A stretch of DNA of 24,437 nt from a virus (Duplodnaviria > Caudoviricetes), in the IMG/VR virus record IMGVR_UViG_3300044708_000117, positions 1 to 24,437 of that record; one strand, written 5' to 3'. The notes under the pieces are model-generated. The model ran no database searches. It was not told where the DNA came from and saw only the letters and a list, made by a program, of their open reading frames with translations. Positions 19,501-24,437 of the stretch are shown piece after piece. The number at the start of each line of letters is the position of its first letter. The first letter of the stretch is position 1. Position numbers and translations under genes: made by a program.

Positions 19501-20215
19501 CACTACCGGCAACGGTGTGGCGACGACGTTCATGAGAAGCGACGCGACGCTCGCGCTCTCGCAGGCGATCGTGCCAACGTGGACCGGCGCGCACACCTTC
19601 AACGCTCAAGCGATCTTCAAGGGTGGCAACAATACCTCGCCGGGCTGGGGCTTCTTCGGCGACGAAGATACCGGCTCATTCCGCAACGCCGACGGCAGCG
19701 TCTCATTCACGAGCAACGGGACCGCGAGCCTAGCTATCACGCTCGGACGTACCTCGGTGTTAGGCGGTGGCACGGGCGCTGCAAATACTTCATGGGTCGA
19801 GTTTAAGGATGTGACCGGCGCCGTGATGGGATACGTCGGCGATCTCAGCAGCGGCGACAGCAATATCTCGCTCAACGCCACCGTCGCGGGCGCGAATATC
19901 ACCCTAACTGCCGGCAGCGGTGGCGTGATCAATATGGTGAGCGCCGCGCAGGCGCCGAGCTTTACCACGACATCGGCCCGCGCGGTGAAGCGCGAGACCG
20001 GCGCACCTCCTAAGCCGGCGAGCATCCTCGCCCGGCTGCGCCCGATTCTCTACCGGCTGCTCGCCGGGGATGATCGAGAGCAGCTAGGCCTCATCGCCGA
20101 AGAGGTGCGCGAGGTGTGCCCGCAACTCTCAGACGGCAAGACCGTGGCCTATGACCGGCTCGCGATCTTGCTGCTCGCCGCGTGGCAAGACGAGCACGCG
20201 CGGGCGGTGGCCTAA
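16544..20215 (+). CDS. Long tail fibre: Mtd-N/hyaluronidase-like N-terminal anchor, collagen repeats, repeated modules, C-terminal S74 intramolecular chaperone
   Basis: RBS AGGAGG. WSATNPLLLDGELGV...LKVGDGV..WSALP anchor. GATGATGATGP repeats. GDEDTG-type motifs. TSARAVK...LRPILY...GLIAEEV..VCP...VAYDRL at the C-terminus. Confidence 0.9.
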   Translation: MAIYLGRYVILTDPASVWSATNPLLLDGELGVADVGGAAPVLKVGDGVRHWSALPAIVGGGGGSGSGANYVPGTTTTLPPGSFATVVIDNTVDPPTISFGIPRGDPGPANSLGIGTVTTGAPGSPAGASITGTAPSQTLNLTIPTGATGATGATGPDGMTGATGATGPANVLDIGTVTTGAPGSPAAATITGTSPTQTLNLTIPTGAQGPVGPTGPTGPSGPAGSTTLADPGSPIGLTMVPGVSAFGMRADGAPALSQAIAPTWTGRHIFSLNGGGTAAAIRLVSTQPSINWFDQSVGTDAHSWDISANSGTLSHRIIDDANSAVRAYLKVTRSAFSIAALDFGNTTDNPAYNFLGTGAATFNGIVDLLGPLKASSVEGISGQVLSSQGAGLPAIWRTSSGGSIELGYNFSTSVGTANPGSQKMSLNSAVYSSVTVAVFNSTAFTNFDANTILSLLAVGNRFYIQQRNDASKAVVYEVTAPGTNNTGYWTIPVKYIDSRGTIFPANADLNCVFILSVSASSLANPTALVGLTAVNGSATTGMRSDGAPALSQAIAPTWTGLHTFSPTLGYIYVSASNASLRLNSTGAPANKKKWDFVVLDADGSLQFRHLDDTPTDSKVWLAVTASGSGAEVDSIVFGNITNNPFYTFKGSGLVTWEANAIQHKKPGATHYIETVAGTSVNPGYIQWFNGGTRLGYIGYYNGSTRLTINGDAWGWDFLGIPPTIAGAPIVTLSGGQLLLGYGTVAAPTYSFAGQPGAGMSSAGDGSLRFSTSGAINLFLDTSGSRIVVYNSLQSVYDGTAAAPSYTWTAQTNKGMYNAGTDAIGFSAGGIQVAQFSTALISFPYNAVRAPQGVQSASGFTNNAGTHGIVPNSGALTYGSVYAIGTNAAYAGYAINDGTQFPTFLSNGSSMGIFLQGTESSWLLARVGALAAKTDYNFAMPSCVVGSPTSGNMGAGTINAQGLYVNGVAVSSGSGAVGANPSSGVGLTTGNGVATTFMRSDATLALSQAIVPTWTGAHTFNAQAIFKGGNNTSPGWGFFGDEDTGSFRNADGSVSFTSNGTASLAITLGRTSVLGGGTGAANTSWVEFKDVTGAVMGYVGDLSSGDSNISLNATVAGANITLTAGSGGVINMVSAAQAPSFTTTSARAVKRETGAPPKPASILARLRPILYRLLAGDDREQLGLIAEEVREVCPQLSDGKTVAYDRLAILLLAAWQDEHARAVA
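16882..17163 (+). repeat. ~102-bp direct repeat (16882-16983 / 17062-17163) with (GGCGCCACG)x3 at 16979-17005
   Basis: IGTVTTGAPGSPA.A.ITGT.P.QTLNLTIPTG occurs twice, 180 nt apart, separated by collagen triplets. Confidence 0.92.
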
Positions 20216-20216
20216 C

Positions 20217-21002
20217 ATGGCGACGGGCTTCGTAGTGAGCGGGCGCGGCGATCTCGATGCGCTCTTCAAGGCGCGCACCACGGCGGCAGCGGCGAACACG
20301 GGCTTCATCGCTGCCGGCGCCGACATCGCGCAGAAGTATGAGCAGCGCGGCGCGGCGACTGCCATCGCGGCGACGGGCTTTAAGTCGGGCGCCACCGATC
20401 TAGCTTCTATCTTTCAAGACATCAACTACTCGCCGCCCTTCACCCCGGTGACGCGCACCTACACGACGGCAGTCACGGGCGCGACCGAGACCGTGCCCGC
20501 AGGCGCAACGTCGTGCGTTGTCACGGCATGGGGTGGCGGTGGCGGTGGCGGCATGAAGTTGACATCGACGGGCGGTGGCGGTGGCGGTGGCGGGCGCGTG
20601 ATCAAGACGGTCGCGGTGAGCGGCGGGCAAACCTTCACCTACACCGTCGGCGCATTGGCCCCGGGCACGGTGACACAAGGCACGAGCGGCACACCGGGCA
20701 AGGTGTCCACGGTCAGCAGCACCGCCCCATCGATGAGCATCAATGCCAACGGTGGCGGGGCGGGCACGCAAGTGCCCGGGGGCGGTGTGGCGGGCACCGC
20801 AGCGGGCGGCGACACCATGACGAGCGGCACCGCCGGACAAGCTACCGGCGCAGGCGGCGCGGGCGCTGGCGGTGGTGCGGGCGGCACGGGCGACGGTGGC
20901 AACGGCACGGCACCCGGTGGCGGTGGCGCGGGCGGCATTAGTTCGGGATCGGGCCATAGTGGCAACGGCGCAGCCGGTCAAGTGCAATTTGCGTACACCT
21001 AA
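20217..21002 (+). CDS. Glycine-rich putative fibre-tip adhesin/receptor-binding protein
   Basis: ATG 1 nt after the fibre stop. N-terminal TGF...DL repeats, then WGGGGGGG and GGGGAGG..GNGAAGQV motifs. Confidence 0.7.
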   Translation: MATGFVVSGRGDLDALFKARTTAAAANTGFIAAGADIAQKYEQRGAATAIAATGFKSGATDLASIFQDINYSPPFTPVTRTYTTAVTGATETVPAGATSCVVTAWGGGGGGGMKLTSTGGGGGGGGRVIKTVAVSGGQTFTYTVGALAPGTVTQGTSGTPGKVSTVSSTAPSMSINANGGGAGTQVPGGGVAGTAAGGDTMTSGTAGQATGAGGAGAGGGAGGTGDGGNGTAPGGGGAGGISSGSGHSGNGAAGQVQFAYT

Positions 21003-21021
21003 CTAATCAAGTGGAGGCTCT

Positions 21022-21159
21022 ATGCTTACCGTCTCATTAATTCTCGTGATAGCCGCGCTCTTCGTCGCCATCGCGGCGGCGATGAATAAGGCGCCGCTAT
21101 GGGTGGCGGTGATTCTGATCGCCATCGTGCAAGCGCTGCAGTTTCTACCCGTCCGCTAA
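21022..21159 (+). CDS. 45-aa two-transmembrane protein (holin-like candidate); not in the supplied ORF track
   Basis: GGAGG at 21013-21017. Translates to MLTVSLILVIAALFVAIAAAMNKAPLWVAVILIAIVQALQFLPVR*. Confidence 0.75.
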   Translation: MLTVSLILVIAALFVAIAAAMNKAPLWVAVILIAIVQALQFLPVR

Positions 21160-21173
21160 CTATTGGAGTCACC

Positions 21174-21419
21174 ATGCAAAACGGTCACGATCACACCCCG
21201 CACCAAGGCGGGCAGCAAGTGCAAGTCGATCCTCGGCAAGCCGCGCAGTATGCGCTCATGTTTCTGCAGCGCGTCTCGCACACCCGCGCCGAGCGCGAGG
21301 CCTACGACTTGAGCGAGAGCTTGCTGCAGGCGATAGCGAGCGGGCAGGTGATCCTCGCGCCACCGCCCGCGATGCCGGCGCAGACGGCAGTCGCGGGCGA
21401 GACACCGCCACCGCAGTGA
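21174..21419 (+). CDS. Hypothetical protein (81 aa)
   Basis: GGAG at 21165-21168 before ATG 21174 (MQNGHDH...). Helical core with a Pro-rich tail. Confidence 0.7.
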   Translation: MQNGHDHTPHQGGQQVQVDPRQAAQYALMFLQRVSHTRAEREAYDLSESLLQAIASGQVILAPPPAMPAQTAVAGETPPPQ

Positions 21420-21616
21420 GAGCGCTCGGCATGCTCGCGCTCGTGATCCTGCTCGCGGGCTGCATGGTGTGTCGGCACGAGGATGAGGGCACGAGTCGCA
21501 AGGCACCGCACACCGTGCGGCTCTTCTGCATCTTCGCCTACTGCCATCACATCGCGCAGCCCGCCGAGCCCGAGCCCGACGGGCATGAGCGGCAGCGTGC
21601 CGCGCCGAAAGATTAG
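21416..21616 (+). CDS. Small predicted lipoprotein
   Basis: GTGA overlap with the upstream stop. Signal peptide MRALGMLALVILLAG-C with LAGC lipobox. Confidence 0.65.
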   Translation: MRALGMLALVILLAGCMVCRHEDEGTSRKAPHTVRLFCIFAYCHHIAQPAEPEPDGHERQRAAPKD

Positions 21617-21921
21617 CGGCGCGGCACGAGCCGCGCGATCCGCCCCGGCTCGGGCTCGCTCGCGACGATCGCGATTGCACCGAGAGCGGCGAGCGCGCCC
21701 TCTTCGCGGGTGCGCGCACAAGCTCGCCGCGCGTGGCTGGCGATCCACGCGAGCCGGCCCGCGAGCAGATCGGCGCGGGCCCGCTGCTCGATAGCCTCGG
21801 CTTCGAGGCCCGCCAAACAAAGCCGGGCCGCTGCGGCTTCGGCTTGCGCCGCGCTCGCCCGCGCATGCTGCGCGATGGCTCGCCCGTTGTCGTAGGTGGT
21901 GCTCATGATGGCCGGCTGCAT
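21613..21921 (-). CDS. Hypothetical Ala-rich protein
   Basis: Fills the gap to the terminator. Its stop overlaps the convergent lipoprotein stop. Start is 21921 or 21906. Confidence 0.5.
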   Translation of the reverse strand: MQPAIMSTTYDNGRAIAQHARASAAQAEAAAARLCLAGLEAEAIEQRARADLLAGRLAWIASHARRACARTREEGALAALGAIAIVASEPEPGRIARLVPRR

Positions 21922-21935
21922 GGTGTCGCTCGTGT

Positions 21936-21968
21936 AAAAAAAAGCCCGCGCTCAAGGGCAGCGCGGGC
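21936..21968 (-). terminator. Rho-independent terminator
   Basis: On the - strand: GCCCGCGCT-gcccttg-AGCGCGGGC followed by T8, 37 nt after the HTH gene stop. Confidence 0.88.
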
Positions 21969-22004
21969 GGGAGTGTAGGCCGGGCGGGCCTAGCTATCAA
22001 TCGG

Positions 22005-22412
22005 CTAGCGCGACGGGCGCGAGGGCAGCCCGCCGACGCGCTTGTCGAGCACCCGCTCGATGCGCTTGAGCGCACGCTTCGCCCGCTGCCGGGCGAGCGC
22101 TGCCGTCGGTGCCGCCTCGATCTCGCGCCGTAACTTGTTTGCCTTGCGCGCGAGCGCCGCGCCCGACTCGTCGGCGAGCACGCGCGGGCTGCTCGCCTCA
22201 TCGAGCACCGCTGCGCAGTAGGCCTCGACGGCAAACTGCACGACGTATGGCGCGCTCACCTCGCCCGATAGATAGCGGCGCATCGCGCGCGGGGAGATCC
22301 CGAGCGCCCATGCGACTTCGGTCTGCGCGACTTGCGCGCCCTCGATGAGCGCTCGCAGGTGTGGGCCGCAGTCGAGGCGGTGCTGCCCGATGTGCGGGGC
22401 GAGCGCCTTCAT
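22005..22412 (-). CDS. Cro/XRE-like helix-turn-helix DNA-binding protein with C-terminal basic coiled coil
   Basis: LRALIEGAQVAQTEVAWALGISPRAMRRYLSG...APYVVQFAVE. Start 22412 fixed by ATGA overlap. Confidence 0.8.
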   Translation of the reverse strand: MKALAPHIGQHRLDCGPHLRALIEGAQVAQTEVAWALGISPRAMRRYLSGEVSAPYVVQFAVEAYCAAVLDEASSPRVLADESGAALARKANKLRREIEAAPTAALARQRAKRALKRIERVLDKRVGGLPSRPSR

Positions 22413-22618
22413 GATTGCACCCCGTCGAGCGCGTCGATCGCCGCGCGGCGCCGGGCGATGTCGGCGCCCACCTTGTCGCTCGGCACATCGAAGATATCGG
22501 CGACGAGCACTGCACTCAAAAGGCTGCCGCACTCGCGCGCATCGAGCGCGTCGGCATCCCCGGCCCCATCGTTGCGGGCTATCCAGTCAATTGCGTCTCG
22601 GTAGCTTGCGCGCTTCAT
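22409..22618 (-). CDS. Hypothetical protein (69 aa)
   Basis: MKRASYRDAIDWIARND...LVADIF. ATGA overlaps at both ends. Confidence 0.75.
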   Translation of the reverse strand: MKRASYRDAIDWIARNDGAGDADALDARECGSLLSAVLVADIFDVPSDKVGADIARRRAAIDALDGVQS

Positions 22619-22902
22619 AGAATCCCCCGCGTGATGGCTGCGACTTTGCCCTCGTCTGCACCCTGCAGATCGATGAGCCGAAACTTGCGCCGCTCGCCCT
22701 TCGGTAGTTTGGCGAGTGCGTCGGCGGCGAGCGTCTCGATGGTGCACGAGGTGTGCACCGTGCGCTCGATCATCAAGGTGCGATCCCCGAGCCCGCCGCA
22801 CACATGGCAGATCACCACGCGACGCACCGAGTGCGCGCTCGCCTCGGCGGGCATGTTATCGACGCGGCGCGCCGGGCGCGGCGCTTGCTTGGCGCGGCTC
22901 AT
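22615..22902 (-). CDS. Hypothetical protein with possible Zn-binding CxxC...HxxC
   Basis: CHVC...HTSC. ATGA overlaps at both ends. Confidence 0.7.
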   Translation of the reverse strand: MSRAKQAPRPARRVDNMPAEASAHSVRRVVICHVCGGLGDRTLMIERTVHTSCTIETLAADALAKLPKGERRKFRLIDLQGADEGKVAAITRGIL

Positions 22903-23501
22903 GGCGCACCCGCTGCCGGCGTCTGCGCCGGCTTCGAGGTGGGCGCGGGCGGTGGTGTCACCGCCCGCTGCGCCTCGCTGCGCGCCATACGCTTGAGCGT
23001 GGCGCGCAACTTCTTCACGGCGGTGCGCGCTCGCTTCTCGCGCGACTCCCATCGAGCGAGCCGCGCCTCGATGCTGGCGCGCTTGGCGTCGCGCCGCGCC
23101 TCGGGCGAGGTGCTCTTCTTCACCGGCGCGAGCGAGCCGGCGAGCCAGCCTTGCGCGACGACGTGCATCGCCATCTCGCGCTCAAGCCGAGCATGCGAGA
23201 TGTGATGGGGCGCGAGGTGCGGGTGCCGGTGGCGGAATACGCGGTGCGCTACGTCGTGCGTGAGGCGCTCCCACCCTTTCGCGAGCGTGACATTCGTCTT
23301 ACTCGTCGCCCAGCATCGGCGAGCGCGTGAGGGCAGCGGCGCCGGGGTAGTTTGATGGGGAGCACCGAGGGCGATAGCGCCGAAGGTGCGCGTCAGACGC
23401 CGAGCCGCGCGCAGTGCTTCGGCCATCGTGAGCGGCGGGCGCGTGACGCTCGCCCACACCTCGCCGACCGTGGCATATGCGCCCGTGTGTGCGGCGCTCA
23501 T
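22899..23501 (-). CDS. Hypothetical His-rich protein (200 aa)
   Basis: GWERLTHDVAHRVF..RHP...PHHISHARLE and a basic coiled-coil C-terminus. ATGA overlaps at both ends. Confidence 0.75.
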   Translation of the reverse strand: MSAAHTGAYATVGEVWASVTRPPLTMAEALRAARRLTRTFGAIALGAPHQTTPAPLPSRARRCWATSKTNVTLAKGWERLTHDVAHRVFRHRHPHLAPHHISHARLEREMAMHVVAQGWLAGSLAPVKKSTSPEARRDAKRASIEARLARWESREKRARTAVKKLRATLKRMARSEAQRAVTPPPAPTSKPAQTPAAGAP

Positions 23502-23758
23502 GACAGCACCCCGGCAGCGGTGAGCACCGCGACTATCTGCTCGCGGTATTTCGGCTTGAGCGACGGGATCGTGCCCACCATCCGCAGAAGGTCGGCCATC
23601 GCGGGCGCCGCAGCGATGAGGCGCGCATTCGCTTGCGCCTCGCCGGGCGCCATATGCGCTTGCTGTAGTGCCGCGTCGGCGATGTCGAAGTGCATCGAGG
23701 TGATCGTGTAATGGCCGTACAGATTCCACGGGCCGGGGGTGTGCTTCGGGGCGCTCAT
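23498..23758 (-). CDS. Conserved phage hypothetical protein (HTPGPW...ANARLIAAAP family)
   Basis: Contains the widespread phage motif KHTPGPW...EAQANARLIAAAP. ATGA overlaps at both ends. Confidence 0.8.
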   Translation of the reverse strand: MSAPKHTPGPWNLYGHYTITSMHFDIADAALQQAHMAPGEAQANARLIAAAPAMADLLRMVGTIPSLKPKYREQIVAVLTAAGVLS

Positions 23759-24258
23759 GAGCGCACCGCCTTGCCCGCGTTGAGGGTGGCACCGATGTGC
23801 TCGATCTCGCGCAAGACGTGCTCGCGCGCAGCGGTGCACTCTTCCGGGATATCGCAGAGCAACTCGCCGAGTTGATACTGCGCCGAGGCGAGCGATGCGT
23901 GCAGCGCTGCCTCGCGCTCGGTGGCGTGCGCCGGGGCGAATACGACGCGCGGGGTGAGGCGCGAGCGCATGGCCCACTTGATCGCCGAGGCGAGTGCGAA
24001 GAGGCGCTGCGCGAGCGGGTGCACGGTGCCACCCTGCACGATGATCTTCGCGACGTAGTCGAGGATGTCATCGGCGTCGGCGGCGATGCTGGCGCCGTGC
24101 GTGCGGGTGAGGTGCTCATCGGTCTCGGCGAGCCCGTGGCAGCACTCGCACATGCGCGCGAGGGCATGGTCGGCGTCGCGCTCTTCGCTGCAATGCAGAT
24201 TGCAGAGCGAGCACGCGTAAACCTGTACGACGGGGGCGGTGTTATTCGTGGTGTTCAT
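23755..24258 (-). CDS. Hypothetical protein with N-terminal Cys cluster (possible Zn finger)
   Basis: CSLC...CECC. AGGA RBS about 10 nt upstream. Confidence 0.7.
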   Translation of the reverse strand: MNTTNNTAPVVQVYACSLCNLHCSEERDADHALARMCECCHGLAETDEHLTRTHGASIAADADDILDYVAKIIVQGGTVHPLAQRLFALASAIKWAMRSRLTPRVVFAPAHATEREAALHASLASAQYQLGELLCDIPEECTAAREHVLREIEHIGATLNAGKAVRS

Positions 24259-24293
24259 TTGTCAGTGTCCTATCTAGTGGGAGTGGGAAGTTA

Positions 24294-24437
24294 TTAGGCG
24301 ATGAAGGGCAGGCGAATGGCATCGGCGCGGTCGAGATACACCTCGGTGAAGCGCGCCGGGGTGAGGCTGCGCAGCGAGCCCGCCGAGAGATACTCGGCGG
24401 GCTTGTTGCAATCGGGATCGACGAGCACGGTGATGGT
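24294..24437 (-). CDS. 3' end of a CDS truncated by the window edge
   Basis: Open frame ...TITVLVDPDCNKPAEYLSAGSLRSLTPARFTEVYLDRADAIRLPFIA, then tandem TAA TAA. Phage-like codon use. Confidence 0.6.
   Translation of the reverse strand, partial: TITVLVDPDCNKPAEYLSAGSLRSLTPARFTEVYLDRADAIRLPFIA

Larger units (their letters stand above)
563..24276. repeat. Dispersed, highly iterated heptamer CTANCTA/TAGNTAG (53 copies by manual count)
   Basis: Positions are listed in the findings. Found in both orientations, within genes and at gene junctions. Confidence 0.9.
1..24437. mobile_element. Tailed dsDNA phage/prophage segment (siphovirus-type morphogenesis module plus convergent accessory genes)
   Basis: Contiguous head, neck, tail and fibre genes with overlapping start/stop codons. 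No sheath or baseplate wedge genes. No integrase, att site or host gene is visible, so phage vs prophage cannot be decided. Confidence 0.95.

Noticed and set aside
15567-20215. Diversity-generating retroelement (prompted by the Mtd-N-like fibre anchor and paired repeats)
   Set aside because: No reverse transcriptase in the window. Both repeat copies are in-frame coding, and their differences are not confined to adenines.
20531-20595. GGCGGT/GGTGGC microsatellite-like runs as contingency loci
   Set aside because: They are in-frame poly-Gly codons of the adhesin. Unit changes would not shift frame, and there is no sign of phase variation.
85-21616. Stop-codon reassignment (many TAG-containing words)
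   Set aside because: Genes are full length under the standard code, motif TAGs inside genes are out of frame, and TAG terminates several genes normally (741, 2186, 7707, 16531).
22899-24167. 422-aa ORF as listed in the track
   Set aside because: Its 5' half overlaps two better-supported genes in other frames. The ATGA overlap puts the real start at 23501.
563-24276. CRISPR array or tandem repeat explanation for the recurring TAGTTAG/CTAACTA words
   Set aside because: Copies are only 7 bp, irregularly spaced hundreds of bp apart, in both orientations and mostly inside genes.

Overview
GC-rich (roughly 65% by eye) segment of a long-tailed, HK97-fold dsDNA phage or prophage. On the + strand, 85-21616 is a tightly packed late operon. 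In order it encodes prohead protease, major capsid, portal, a collagen/repeat protein, head-tail joining proteins, tail tube, a frameshifted tail-chaperone pair, an unknown basic protein, tape measure, two distal-tail-like proteins, DUF1833-like, NlpC/P60 and gpJ-like tip proteins, a modular fibre with an S74 chaperone, a Gly-rich adhesin, then a small 2-TM protein, an unknown protein and a lipoprotein. From 21613 to the end, a convergent - strand chain of small accessory genes includes a Cro/XRE-type HTH protein. The most striking unexplained signal is the heptamer CTANCTA (reverse complement TAGNTAG). I counted 53 copies by hand, about 1 per 460 bp, against about 4 expected. They are built from otherwise rare codons inside conserved structural genes and often sit at gene junctions. 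Several palindromic restriction sites also appear to be absent. Protein family calls come from motif recognition and gene order only; no searches were run.
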